A DNA stretch of 64,000 nt, taken from NCBI GenBank assembly GCA_039794085.1, contig JBDIWC010000008.1, positions 32,001-96,000 of the forward strand, read 5' to 3'. The position numbers were made by a program, and so were the translations under genes. Under the pieces are notes generated by a model. That model saw only the letters and a program-made list of their open reading frames with translations. It searched no databases and was not told where the DNA came from. Shown one piece after another: positions 26,444 to 36,275 of the stretch (within the stretch, counting starts at the first letter, position 1; each line of letters opens with the position of its first letter). Origin of the DNA: Gemmatimonadales bacterium (GTDB lineage Bacteria; Gemmatimonadota; Gemmatimonadetes; Gemmatimonadales; GWC2-71-9).

Positions 26444-29400
26444 CTACCGGACGGAGGTCTGGTTGTAGTCGAACTTGATGTCGGGAAGGTCGATCAGGTG
26501 GATCGAGAAGAAGAAGGAGAAATTGCCGTTGGCGTTCTGCGCGAAATTGAACGCGGCCTGCCAGTCGTGAAGATCCCGCTGGAGCCGGAAGATGTGGCTC
26601 TCGAACTTTCCGTCCGTCGCGTTGTAGTTGGTGTCCCAGGCCACGGCCCAGAACGCGGTGGGGCTGAAGGTGGTGTTGAAACGGATGTTGCTCTTGGTGG
26701 GCTGACGAACCGACAGGGTGTCCCCCTTGAGTGGGGGGCGGCTTCGGTTGATGGTGACGTTGATCGTGGAGGAGAACCCCCGGCCGCTCGGGAACCGCCC
26801 GAAGTCGCGGGCGCTGGTGATGGGCGCCTGGAACGGGGCTCCGGCGTTCGGGCTCATCCCCGGCGGGACCGTGGGGCGGTTGGCGTCGGGGGCATCCCGG
26901 TCCGCGATACCGAACAGGGAGCCGATCCCGCGTAGAGTGCGCCCGGTGAGGGTGAAACTCGCGTTCACGCTCTGGAGGAACGGTTCGAAGCGCGAGCTGT
27001 CGAACCCGGCCACTCCACGCCAGAGGTCGTGTCCCAGAGTGAGGTCAAATCCGGGCAGCAGATCCGAGTCGAACCGGTTGGTGATGAACTGGGTGACCCA
27101 CCCGTTCCGCCCCGGCTTCTTGGCCTGCTCGAAGTCGAACGTGATTCCCGACGTGGAAATGCCGAGGAGCCGGAACTTCCGCTGGGTACGACTCGTGGTA
27201 TCCCCGGGAGCGGGCCGTTCCTTCGCCTCGAAGTTCTGGGACAGGGAGAGCGTGAGGGTCGTGACCGCGGGACTCTCGCGCGTCACCACCTGCCCGGGGT
27301 TCGCGACCGCTTCGGCGAACTCCTGGGACACGGTGGCCGTGGGCGAATGATTGAACGAGAGAGAGGGCGCAATGCTGTGCCGGATCCGCTCAATCGGTCC
27401 AAACCCGGGAAAGAACCCGAAGAAGGTCGGGGCCGCGGCCAGACTGAAGGAGAGCCGCTTCCCCTGCACCAGGTAGGCCCCTCCGGTCCGCTCGTTTCGG
27501 ATGACGAAGGGTTGTCCCGCCAACTTGTTCGCGATCCCGACGGACGGGGTGACCTTCCACGAGCTCCGGAGGAGGAGCGGGAGGTTGATCCCGGTGTCCC
27601 AGTTCAGGGTGGTCGCGAAGGTCCCGGTGGTCACTTGCTGGACGCTGATCGAGTCATCCGGCTCCGGGGTGGAGAGATCGGGGACCTTCCGAGTGACGGT
27701 GCGGGGGCTCCGTTCCTCCCGGTCCGCAATGTTGACCGCGTTCCGCCAATCAAAGGTTCCGATGCGGAGCGGTGTCATGATGTTGATCGTTGTGTTGCGG
27801 GTCGTGGCGCGAAACGTCAGGGAGTCCAGTTCTCCCACCGGGGTCGCCAGGGAGACGATTCCATCCCGCCGTGTCGTCGCATTGCTCAACCGGAACGTGG
27901 GAGACCAGGTCACCGACCCCCCGAGATCGATCGGATTGGGGTTGAGGGACAGTTCCGGAAAGTTGGTCCGCACCTCGCTGTCGTTCGGGCTCTGGCTCCG
28001 GGTGCCCCCGAGGGAGGCCGTCCCCCACCGGAATCGGCGATCGAGATTCATCGAGGAGCGGATGTTCTGGGTGTTGACGATCGGGTCGATGGCGTTGTTG
28101 TTCAGGACTCGGGTGTTGCTCGCGACATCGAGGTTGAGCGTCAAGCGCGTGGCCACCCCGAAGCTCTGCCGGTGGTTCCAGGCGATGCGCGTGTTTGACT
28201 CCCCGCTGCCGTCGATCTGTTTCAGCCGTGACCAGGAAAGGTTTCCCTCCAGAAACCGGTCGAGCCACCGGTACTGCCCCGCGACCTCGATTCGCGTGCT
28301 CCGGTTGGCCAGCCAATCGAAGGTCCCCACAAAATCGAAGTAGTCGCTGGCGGCCCAGTAATACCCCATGTTGGTGACCTGGCGATTGAAGTTCCGGGTG
28401 GGGCGCACGATGTCGTTGAAGCCGAACCGCGGCACCAGAATGCCGGAGCGACGTCCCTGCTTGGTATCCTGGAAGATGAAGGGGAGCCAGAGCACCGGCA
28501 CATCCCGGATGTAGAGCACCGCGGGGCGCGCCACCATCGTGGACTGCGAGACCCATTTCACCTCTTTCGCGGCGAAATGATAGTGCGATTCGGGGAGGTC
28601 GCAGCTGGTGATCTCCTTGGCGGCGGCATACAGGCGGCTCGAGACCGAGTCGACGGCCAGGTTGCCCCGGATGAACCAGTTGGCGCCCTGCTGGTTGAAG
28701 GAGGTGAGGGCGTCGGACAAGACCCCGCGCTCGACACAGGTGTCGTAGCGCACCGTGTCCCCGATGGCCACCTGGTTGTTCTGGAAGAGTCGCGGTCCCC
28801 CGGTGGCGGTGAAGCGGCAGGCCGGGTCGTCGTACTCGATGATCTCCGCCTCCAGGATCGCTCCGCTTCGTTCCGTCATGGCCTGGCCCTGCAGCCGCAG
28901 CAGGCGGGTCCCGGCGTTCACCGACGCCGAATCGGCCATGTAGCGCGTCACCGCGAAGCCGGGCCGGGTAAGGAGACGTTGGAGAATGGAATCCCCGGGT
29001 CCGAAGCTCTTGCTCGGGCCGGTCGGGAGCCCCATGCGCTGGGCCGCGGCGGAATCCCGGGCCACCTGCGCCGCCCGGATGGAGTCCTGGGCGGTCATCG
29101 AATCGGGCACCACCCGGGTGGTGTCCTGTTGTGCTGTGGCGGATCCGGAGGGGACCCCCATCAGGAGCACCAGGGCTCCCACCGCGGCCGCCACCCGCCG
29201 GCGCCGGTGAATCACCATCGCCCCGGCCACCCCGACCTCGTAGAGCAACAGCAGCGGGAGGGTCATGATCAACATGGAGAAGACATCGGGACCCGGAGAG
29301 AAGAAGGCCCCCCCCACGAAGGCGAGCACCATCCAGTAGCGCCGGAACCGGTGGAGAATCACCGGGGTCACCACGCCGAGCGCCGCCAGCGTGATGATGA

Positions 29401-29935
29401 TGAGCGGCAGCTCGAAGGAGAGTCCCATGCCGAGCATGATCCGGATGACGAAGCCGAAGTACTTGTCATACGTGATCATGGTGGTGAACGATCCCGCCTC
29501 GATGCTGAGGAGGACGCTGATGGCCTTGGGTACCACCAGCAGGAACGAGAGCACCGCCCCGGTCAGAAAGAGCAGCAGCCCCGCAAAGAGACTGGGGACG
29601 ATCGCCTTCTTTTCCTTCTCGTAGAGGGCCGGAGAGAGAAACGCCCACACCTGCCAGAGGATGACCGGAGACGCCAGCACCAGGCCGGTGATGAATCCCA
29701 GCTTGAGCACGATCATGACCGGTTCGGTCGGGCTCAGGACGGTCAGTTTCCCGTCGGGAAGGAACGGGGCGATCGGCCCCTTGAGAACGTCGATCAGATG
29801 CAACTGGTCGACGAGAAGGAGGCCCAGGCCAAACCCCGCCACCACGGCCAGCAGCACCCTCAGAATGCGGGTGCGCAACTCCTCGAGGTGGTCGAGGAAC
29901 GGCATCTCACCCTCGACAGCGGGAGGTCGGGACAT
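26444..29935 (-). CDS. tatC: TatC fused in frame to an LptD-like outer-membrane beta-barrel protein
   Basis: N-terminal MPFLDHLEELR, WAFLSPALY, FELP; C-terminal TSCDLPESHYHFAAK, RSGILVP, RDLHDWQA; no stop between the parts. Confidence 0.88.
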   Translation of the reverse strand: MSRPPAVEGEMPFLDHLEELRTRILRVLLAVVAGFGLGLLLVDQLHLIDVLKGPIAPFLPDGKLTVLSPTEPVMIVLKLGFITGLVLASPVILWQVWAFLSPALYEKEKKAIVPSLFAGLLLFLTGAVLSFLLVVPKAISVLLSIEAGSFTTMITYDKYFGFVIRIMLGMGLSFELPLIIITLAALGVVTPVILHRFRRYWMVLAFVGGAFFSPGPDVFSMLIMTLPLLLLYEVGVAGAMVIHRRRRVAAAVGALVLLMGVPSGSATAQQDTTRVVPDSMTAQDSIRAAQVARDSAAAQRMGLPTGPSKSFGPGDSILQRLLTRPGFAVTRYMADSASVNAGTRLLRLQGQAMTERSGAILEAEIIEYDDPACRFTATGGPRLFQNNQVAIGDTVRYDTCVERGVLSDALTSFNQQGANWFIRGNLAVDSVSSRLYAAAKEITSCDLPESHYHFAAKEVKWVSQSTMVARPAVLYIRDVPVLWLPFIFQDTKQGRRSGILVPRFGFNDIVRPTRNFNRQVTNMGYYWAASDYFDFVGTFDWLANRSTRIEVAGQYRWLDRFLEGNLSWSRLKQIDGSGESNTRIAWNHRQSFGVATRLTLNLDVASNTRVLNNNAIDPIVNTQNIRSSMNLDRRFRWGTASLGGTRSQSPNDSEVRTNFPELSLNPNPIDLGGSVTWSPTFRLSNATTRRDGIVSLATPVGELDSLTFRATTRNTTINIMTPLRIGTFDWRNAVNIADREERSPRTVTRKVPDLSTPEPDDSISVQQVTTGTFATTLNWDTGINLPLLLRSSWKVTPSVGIANKLAGQPFVIRNERTGGAYLVQGKRLSFSLAAAPTFFGFFPGFGPIERIRHSIAPSLSFNHSPTATVSQEFAEAVANPGQVVTRESPAVTTLTLSLSQNFEAKERPAPGDTTSRTQRKFRLLGISTSGITFDFEQAKKPGRNGWVTQFITNRFDSDLLPGFDLTLGHDLWRGVAGFDSSRFEPFLQSVNASFTLTGRTLRGIGSLFGIADRDAPDANRPTVPPGMSPNAGAPFQAPITSARDFGRFPSGRGFSSTINVTINRSRPPLKGDTLSVRQPTKSNIRFNTTFSPTAFWAVAWDTNYNATDGKFESHIFRLQRDLHDWQAAFNFAQNANGNFSFFFSIHLIDLPDIKFDYNQTSVR

Positions 29936-29974
29936 GGCAGGCTCAGGCGCGCGGCCGGCCTCGGGCACCGCCGG

Positions 29975-30760
29975 TCAGGGCCGGAGAGCCGAGAGCCGGT
30001 CGCGGGCGAGGTTGGCTTCCGGTGCCCGGGGATAATTGCGAACAACCGTCTGGTAGGCATCGCGGGCGGCCTCCAGGTCCTGCCTCAGTTCGGCGAGTTG
30101 GCCGATCTTGTACCACGCCGTGGGGGCTCGCTCCGAGGACGCATACCGCGTCGTGACCTCGCGGAAGTAATGGGCCGCGGAGTCGGGGTTCTCCACGGCG
30201 AAGGTTTCCCCCAGGGAGAGGAGCGCGAAGGGAACCTGTTCGCTGGTGGGCCAGGCCCGGAGGAAGTCGCGGAAGGCGGCACGGGCCGTCCCGAGGCTCC
30301 CGCGGAGGTGCATGGCCCGGGCGGCCTGGAACATTTCGTCCGCCGACGGGGTGGGGGCCGGGGCCAGACTGTCCCCGAGCAGCGAATCGGGTGTGGCCGG
30401 AGCCTGCAGTTGCTGCCCCCGGGTGTCCAGTTGCACCTTGAGCTCGGACAGGCGCCGCTGGCTCTGGCCGGTGAGCTCCTGGATCTGCAGCAGCTGCTGC
30501 TGGATGTTGAAGAGATCCTCCGCGAGCTCCCCCTTCGAGATGCGCACCGATTCCCGCACCGACCGCAGGGAGTCCATCACCGCCTCCTGGGTCCGGAGGA
30601 TGGCGCCGATGTCAGCCGCATGCGCACTGTCGCGCCGCGCGGCCTCGGTGCGGAGGACGAGAACCTGGGTCTCGACCTTCCGCACCGCGCCGTTGGTGGC
30701 GCACCCGCCCAGCAGCAGGGCGCAGGCGCCACCGACCAGCAACCGACGTCCGCTCATCAC
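29975..30760 (-). CDS. cpoB: Tol-Pal system protein CpoB/YbgF-like lipoprotein
   Basis: Lipobox LGGC, coiled coil, C-terminal TPRs; follows pal. Confidence 0.8.
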   Translation of the reverse strand: MMSGRRLLVGGACALLLGGCATNGAVRKVETQVLVLRTEAARRDSAHAADIGAILRTQEAVMDSLRSVRESVRISKGELAEDLFNIQQQLLQIQELTGQSQRRLSELKVQLDTRGQQLQAPATPDSLLGDSLAPAPTPSADEMFQAARAMHLRGSLGTARAAFRDFLRAWPTSEQVPFALLSLGETFAVENPDSAAHYFREVTTRYASSERAPTAWYKIGQLAELRQDLEAARDAYQTVVRNYPRAPEANLARDRLSALRP

Positions 30761-31317
30761 GGGGTGGGCCGGATGCTTTCCCGCCCGGCGAGGATCTCGA
30801 ACTCCCCGCGACGGTTCATGGCCCAGGCCGATTCGTTCTGCCCCCGGTCGAGGGGCCGCTCCTCGCCAAAGGAGATGATGGTGATCCGGTCCTCGGCGAT
30901 CCCCTTGGCCACGAGGTACCGCTTGGCCGAGGCCGCGCGCCGGTTCCCCAGCGCCAGGTTGTACTCATCCGATCCCCGGTCATCGGCGTGTCCGGCGATC
31001 CGGATCCGCAACTGGGGATAGGTCCGGAGCAGATCGGCCTTCCGGTCCAGCACCGCCTGATCCGCGGGACGAATGTCCGAGCGGTCGTAGTCGAAGTGCA
31101 CCATCGCCGCAAGATCGTTGACCACCCGGGTCCGGAACGCTTCCAGTTCCGCCGCACTGTTGTCCGGGGCCGGGGGGGGCGGCGGCGGGGGGGGCGGCGG
31201 GGGGGGAGGGGGCGGGGGGGGAGGGGCCGGGGCGGGAACCACCTCGGGCTGCTTCTTGCCGCACGCTCCCGCTGTCAGTGCCATCAGGCCGAGCAGCAGT
31301 ATCGTCCGCATCCGCAT
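30757..31317 (-). CDS. pal: Peptidoglycan-associated lipoprotein
   Basis: Lipobox AGAC, polyproline linker, GHADDRGSDEYNLALGNRRA. Confidence 0.95.
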   Translation of the reverse strand: MRMRTILLLGLMALTAGACGKKQPEVVPAPAPPPPPPPPPPPPPPPPPPAPDNSAAELEAFRTRVVNDLAAMVHFDYDRSDIRPADQAVLDRKADLLRTYPQLRIRIAGHADDRGSDEYNLALGNRRAASAKRYLVAKGIAEDRITIISFGEERPLDRGQNESAWAMNRRGEFEILAGRESIRPTP

Positions 31318-31341
31318 TGCAAACTCCTCGTTGAAGTCATC

Positions 31342-32637
31342 CTACCGTGGGCTCAAATATCGCGACCAGGACGGCAGCCGCGCCACTCCGGGTGTCGGGA
31401 TCTGCCGCACCCGAAAAGTATCCAGATCGATCACATGCAACTGTCCCCGACCGGTCCGATCGGACACGAACACCAGATGCCGCCCGTCGGGCGCCCAACT
31501 CGGATCCTCGTTCCGCCCGCTGGACGAGAGCTGCCTCGCCTGCCGCCGGGCGATATCGAAGACCCAGATCTGCGGAGTCCGGGCGGTTTCCCGGTGAAAT
31601 GCGACCGTGGTACCGTCCGGTGACCACTCGGGGGCATTGGAACTCCCCGTCCGTCCGAAATCGAACGGGACGAGCAACTCCTGCTGAGTGCCGTCGCTCG
31701 CCATGGCATAGATCTGCTGCCCCCCGGCACGCGTCGACACGAACCCGATCCGGCGTCCGTCAGGAGAATACGCAGGCGAGAGATTATCCGCAAACGGTCC
31801 CGAGGTGAGGCGCTCGACGCAGCACATCTCACCCACATTGACCCGCACGAGGTTGGTGCCGCGTTCTCCCGACTGGGCAAACACCACGAAGCGACCGTCC
31901 GGGGAAAAAACCGGAGTGATGTTGGTCTGGCTGTCGGTGGTGGGCAGGGTGGCCCGGGACCCCGTGGCCAGGCGCTGCAGCACCACAGACCACCCGGACT
32001 CATGCAGGTGGACATAGGCGAACTGACTCCCGTCGGGCGACCAGGCCGGGCTGAGGGCCGTCTGCCCCCCGGGAGTCATGGGTGTGAGGCCGTACCCATC
32101 GCTGTCGATCCGAAAGATCCGGCCTCCGGAAACGAACAGGATCCGGCTGGCCGCGTACCCGGTGACCCCGGCCCCCCACTGGACGATCTCATCGGCCAGA
32201 CGGTGAAGGCTCAGGCGGCTCTCTCCGGCTCCGGTCACATCGAGGGGTCTGGTGACTTCGACCCGGACCTCCCTCCGTTCCACGTCATGAAGCCGGACGT
32301 TCACCCCGCTCGCGGCCTCCCGCAGTTCCAGGACAAGGATCGCGCCCAGGGTCTGGTAGAGCGCGTAGTTGATGGAATCCACGGCGGGGGCGACGATAGT
32401 GGAGTCCGACCGGAGAGTGATGACCTCGAATCGATCCGAATAGTCCAGGTCCCGGGCAAGAATCGTCCGGAGGGAGTCAAGCCGCGGGATGGTGGGAAGA
32501 ATCACGATGCCCGGACGAGCCCCGGGGCGATATTCGGTACCGAGAATGATCCGGTCCGGGGTCCGGGTCGTGTCCTGCCCGGCCAGGGGACCGGCCAGTC
32601 CGGCCAGGGCCGCCAGCAGGGGAAGGAACCGCCTCAC
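31342..32637 (-). CDS. tolB: TolB beta-propeller protein
   Basis: Repeated PxWSPDG (PD40) motifs; operon context. Confidence 0.92.
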   Translation of the reverse strand: MRRFLPLLAALAGLAGPLAGQDTTRTPDRIILGTEYRPGARPGIVILPTIPRLDSLRTILARDLDYSDRFEVITLRSDSTIVAPAVDSINYALYQTLGAILVLELREAASGVNVRLHDVERREVRVEVTRPLDVTGAGESRLSLHRLADEIVQWGAGVTGYAASRILFVSGGRIFRIDSDGYGLTPMTPGGQTALSPAWSPDGSQFAYVHLHESGWSVVLQRLATGSRATLPTTDSQTNITPVFSPDGRFVVFAQSGERGTNLVRVNVGEMCCVERLTSGPFADNLSPAYSPDGRRIGFVSTRAGGQQIYAMASDGTQQELLVPFDFGRTGSSNAPEWSPDGTTVAFHRETARTPQIWVFDIARRQARQLSSSGRNEDPSWAPDGRHLVFVSDRTGRGQLHVIDLDTFRVRQIPTPGVARLPSWSRYLSPR

Positions 32638-33311
32638 GGTGTTGTCCTTGGCTTGAAGTAGAAGGTGATCGGGAGAGCGTCGGCTTCGAATCCCTCCGGG
32701 AGCGGCCCGAAGGCCCCCGCCAGGGCGGCCGCTTCGACGGCGCCCCGGGCCTCCAAGTCGAAGCTGTAATTCCGGGAGCTCCGGGTCACCTGGATCTCGC
32801 GGACCGTCCCGTCACGCAGAATGGTGAAACTGACGTCGGTTCGAAGAGCCGCATTGCTGACCGGACGGTCCCACCGCCGGAGGATCTGGGTCACGATGTT
32901 CTGGAGATACTCGGGAAAGGGAAACGCGAGTCCCTTCAAGTCCACCGTGGCCACATCGGATCCGGTGCTCGGGGTTTCCCCCGGGAGCGGAGTTGCCGGG
33001 TTGGCCGTGGCGGGGGCGCGCTCCACCGGTTTCGGCGTCGCCTTGGCAGGTGGAGTCGGGGTCACCGGCTTGATTGCTGGCTTGGGGGGAGGGGCAACGC
33101 GCTCCACAGGCCGGGGGACCGCCTCGGCGGCGAGCCGGCGCTGGGTGGTCGGCGCCGGAGCCGCCGTGAGCTTGACGGCGTAGGTCTGCGGCAGAGGTTG
33201 CGACGCGGAAGCCGACCACAGGAGGGCCACCGCGGCCGCGGTGTGGATTCCCGTGGTCCAGAGGAGCCCCGCCATCAGCTGGCTCCGCTCGAGGGTCCCC
33301 TGCCCTGTCAT
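32634..33311 (-). CDS. TolA/TonB-like energy transducer
   Basis: TM with His, Pro-rich linker, C-terminal FTILRDG...SS...FDLEA. Confidence 0.85.
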   Translation of the reverse strand: MTGQGTLERSQLMAGLLWTTGIHTAAAVALLWSASASQPLPQTYAVKLTAAPAPTTQRRLAAEAVPRPVERVAPPPKPAIKPVTPTPPAKATPKPVERAPATANPATPLPGETPSTGSDVATVDLKGLAFPFPEYLQNIVTQILRRWDRPVSNAALRTDVSFTILRDGTVREIQVTRSSRNYSFDLEARGAVEAAALAGAFGPLPEGFEADALPITFYFKPRTTP

Positions 33312-33742
33312 GGCAGCCGCTCATCCTCCGTCACCAGATTCACATCCACCACTCCCGACTCCCGGATGGCAGCCAGCACCCGGACCACCTGCCCGTAGGC
33401 GGCACGCCCGTCGGCCCGGAGATAGACCCCATTGGACTGGCGGGAACGCGCGAGGGCCCCGAAGGTGGAGCGGAAGTCGTTGTAGGAGATCTCGGTGTCG
33501 TCCACGAAGATCGTCCCCCGGCGATCGATGCTGACGGTTACCCCCTCCCGCGGGGAGAGCGGACGCGCCTCGGCCCGAGGCAGCTGCACCTCCACACCGC
33601 CCTGCATGATCGGCGCGGTGATCATGAAGATGATGAGCAGCACGAAAGCCACGTCCACCAGGGACGTCACGTTGATGTCCGCCGAAGGGGTGAGCCCCCG
33701 TCTCCGGCCTCCCCCGAGGTGCCCCTGCCCGACGCCCGCCAT
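33308..33742 (-). CDS. tolR: TolR/ExbD
   Basis: DINVTSLVDVAFVLLIIFMITAP. Confidence 0.92.
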   Translation of the reverse strand: MAGVGQGHLGGGRRRGLTPSADINVTSLVDVAFVLLIIFMITAPIMQGGVEVQLPRAEARPLSPREGVTVSIDRRGTIFVDDTEISYNDFRSTFGALARSRQSNGVYLRADGRAAYGQVVRVLAAIRESGVVDVNLVTEDERLP

Positions 33743-34449
33743 CAGATCAGGCCCTCCCGGGCCATCCATCCGATGAGTTCATTCCCGAAACCCTCCAGCT
33801 CTCCCTCCAGGCGCGAGATCCGGCTCGCGAAATAGTTGTACGCCATCACGGCGGGGATCGCCGCCGCCAGCCCGGCCACGGTGGTCACCAGGGCTTCCGC
33901 CACCCCGGGGGCCACGGCGGCCATGTTGCTCGACCCCCCCGTCGAGATCCCGATGAATGAACGCATCACCCCGAGCACCGTTCCCAGGAGACCGAGCAGG
34001 GGACTGACCGATCCAATGGTGGCCAGCCAGGTGATGTAGTGCGATACATGGTCCCGTTCGGACGCCACCTCCTTGCCGAGCACCATCTTCAGGGCCTCGA
34101 GCTGGCTCTCCGACAGGGTGTGACGGGCCGTGTCCGCTTCGGTCAGCGCTCCGGGACGGAGCTCGGAGTAGAAGGTGATTCCCTCCCGGAAAAGGCGATT
34201 GTAGGGAGAGGGAGGAAGCTTCATGGCCGCCCGGTAGGCGTCATTGAGACGGGGAGACCTCTCCAGTTCCTCGAAGAACCGCGTGGCCTGTCCCCCGAGA
34301 CGCCTCATCTGCCACCATTTCCACCCGATCAAAAACCAGGAGGCGAAGGAGAACACCGCGATCGTGATCAATACGATCCGGGTCTCGGTGTTGGCGGTCA
34401 GAATGAGTTCCGCCGCGGACGACGGGAGCGGGCCTGGCGCCTGCAGCAT
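33742..34449 (-). CDS. tolQ: TolQ/ExbB (MotA family)
   Basis: SPLLGLLGTVLG, VAPGVAEALVTT. Confidence 0.92.
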   Translation of the reverse strand: MLQAPGPLPSSAAELILTANTETRIVLITIAVFSFASWFLIGWKWWQMRRLGGQATRFFEELERSPRLNDAYRAAMKLPPSPYNRLFREGITFYSELRPGALTEADTARHTLSESQLEALKMVLGKEVASERDHVSHYITWLATIGSVSPLLGLLGTVLGVMRSFIGISTGGSSNMAAVAPGVAEALVTTVAGLAAAIPAVMAYNYFASRISRLEGELEGFGNELIGWMAREGLI

Positions 34450-34567
34450 GGGCGGTCCTGGCGAAGGGTCCGGAACAACGACGAGTGCTGCCCGGTAAGA
34501 TAGCATCACCCGGCCGGCATCCGGCACAGGCAACGTTGAACCCGTCCCGATCCACACGGCTCATGCC

Positions 34568-34601
34568 AAACATCCCGATCCCCCTGAGGGGGACCGGGAT
34601 G
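34568..34601 (-). terminator. Putative terminator after the LysM gene
   Basis: CATCCCG.TCCCCC/GGGGGA.CGGGATG stem with a short U tract on the minus strand. Confidence 0.55.
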
Positions 34602-34624
34602 AGGACGTGCGCACCCAGGTGACT

Positions 34625-35716
34625 TCAGCTGGGCAGCTTGGCGACCTGCCGAGCCAGGGTCTGCGGAGGGATGTCCGGGGAAACGACATGGAGCAGGAGG
34701 AGGGTGGCGGACCGACTCCGGACATGGACCACCTGACCCACCGCCATCAGTTCGTCAATGGTGTCCGCCGCACGAATGCGAGGTCCCGCTTCCCGGCGAA
34801 TCTCGAAAAGGTCTCCCTCGGCCACTCCGGCGTCCCGGCCGATGTCGATGAAGAGCACGTTCTGGAGGTGCTTGAGGACGCGGAGCTCCCGCCCTCCGAT
34901 GACCCGTCCCTCGATGCCATTCTCGACGGGAGCCGCCCGTGACGATCCCGGTCCGGGGAAACGCCCCGCCGGCAGGACCACCTGACCATTCTCGATGGCG
35001 CCGTACATGGCCACCACCTCTGCCACGTACTGATCGTTGTTCGTTCCCGTGACCCGGGCAAGACCGGTGGGAACGACGATGTCCCCGTACCCTCGCTCGG
35101 CGACTTCCAGGCGGGCCACCACCAGGGAATCCCCCGGTGCATAGGTGGCGCCATCCGGAGGGCGAATCCCGACGATGGAGTGAAGCGTGATGGTCCCGCG
35201 ATTCGAAATCGACCGGATCTGCGGCGGGGTGACCGGGCCGAGGAGCCGTCCCAGGGGAAGCCGCTCCCCTTCGGTCAGGAATCCGGAGGAGAAGAACTCA
35301 CCGGGCCGGAGAGGGCGGTATTCATCGTCGATCGCCACCCGAAGCGAGATGTCGGAGGAGGTGGGGCGACGCTGTTGCCAGAAGGGGACCCCGTCAACCG
35401 GGGCCTCTTCGGTCCGGACGGCCTGAACCTCGTCGCCCGGCGCATCCGGTACGGCGGAGGGTTGGTCTCCGCCCGGGACCAGGCGCAGCACTTCGCCGGG
35501 ATAAATCCAGTGCGGATCCTCCACGATATCCGTGTTGAGCCGAAAGATCTGGGGCCAGAGGAAGGGGTCGCCCAGATACCGACCGGCGAGGTCCCACAGG
35601 GTGTCCCCCCGACGCACGGTGTGCGTGGCGGGAATGTCCTGCGCCGCGGCAGGAGTGGCCGCGACCATGGCCACTCCCACTCCCAGCGCGATCAGACTAG
35701 AACGGCAGATCGTCAT
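34625..35716 (-). CDS. LysM domain exported protein, TsaP-like
   Basis: Signal peptide; HTVRRGDTLWDLAGRYLGDPFLWPQIF...PHWIYPG; beta-rich C-terminus. Confidence 0.8.
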   Translation of the reverse strand: MTICRSSLIALGVGVAMVAATPAAAQDIPATHTVRRGDTLWDLAGRYLGDPFLWPQIFRLNTDIVEDPHWIYPGEVLRLVPGGDQPSAVPDAPGDEVQAVRTEEAPVDGVPFWQQRRPTSSDISLRVAIDDEYRPLRPGEFFSSGFLTEGERLPLGRLLGPVTPPQIRSISNRGTITLHSIVGIRPPDGATYAPGDSLVVARLEVAERGYGDIVVPTGLARVTGTNNDQYVAEVVAMYGAIENGQVVLPAGRFPGPGSSRAAPVENGIEGRVIGGRELRVLKHLQNVLFIDIGRDAGVAEGDLFEIRREAGPRIRAADTIDELMAVGQVVHVRSRSATLLLLHVVSPDIPPQTLARQVAKLPS

Positions 35717-36170
35717 CCTCGGCATCCAGTGCCTCCGGGAAATCGTCGAACGACTCGTCCTTCCGGGCGGGGGTTGTCGCCATGCGAGGTGACGAACCCG
35801 CATCACTCCCCCCATCAGCGCCCCCCCGACCGGAGAGAAGGATCAACTCCCGGGCGATGATCTCCGTCGTGTACCGGGTCTGGCCTTCGCGATCCTGCCA
35901 CGACCGGTACTCGATGCTCCCCTCGACGTAGATCTTGTCGCCCTTCTTGCAGTACTTCTCCACGATGTCGGCCAGGCCCGACCCCTTGTTGTTCCAGAAG
36001 ATGATCCGGTGCCACTCGGTTTTTTCCTGGCGTTCACCATTCTGGTTCTTCCATTGCCGGCTGGTGGCCAGCGACAGGTTCGCCACCTTGGAACCTGTTG
36101 AAGTAGTGCGGACTTCGGGATCCGCCCCCAAATTGCCAATAAGGGTGGCTTTGTTCAGACTGCGGCTCAT
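35697..36170 (-). CDS. ssb: Single-stranded DNA-binding protein
   Basis: SLNKATLIGNLGADPE, KTEWHR, C-terminal DDDLPF. Confidence 0.97.
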   Translation of the reverse strand: MSRSLNKATLIGNLGADPEVRTTSTGSKVANLSLATSRQWKNQNGERQEKTEWHRIIFWNNKGSGLADIVEKYCKKGDKIYVEGSIEYRSWQDREGQTRYTTEIIARELILLSGRGGADGGSDAGSSPRMATTPARKDESFDDFPEALDAEDDDLPF

Positions 36171-36221
36171 GGTGTCCTCCAGGGTGGAAAACTGGGTCAG
36201 AACAGCTTGGGACCCGAACAC

Positions 36222-36249
36222 AGTATAGCGTTCTAAGTTATTTTGTCAA
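36222..36249 (-). promoter_or_regulatory. Near-consensus sigma70 promoter of ssb
   Basis: Minus strand TTGACA-N16-TATACT in an AT-rich intergenic stretch. Confidence 0.75.
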
Positions 36250-36275
36250 CCAAAGATACGCCATCCGGACCGAAT

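Noticed and set aside
22421..26935. 1504-aa plus-strand ORF
   Set aside because: Antisense shadow of the TPR gene, hutH and the LptD end.
31168..31228. G-rich run as a phase-variable tract or G-quadruplex element
   Set aside because: Explained by the polyproline linker of Pal on the minus strand. The frame is intact.
36216..36233. GAAC...GTTC upstream of ssb as a LexA box
   Set aside because: The spacing is 10 nt rather than the 4 nt of the GAAC-N4-GTTC box, and I saw no matching motif before uvrB.
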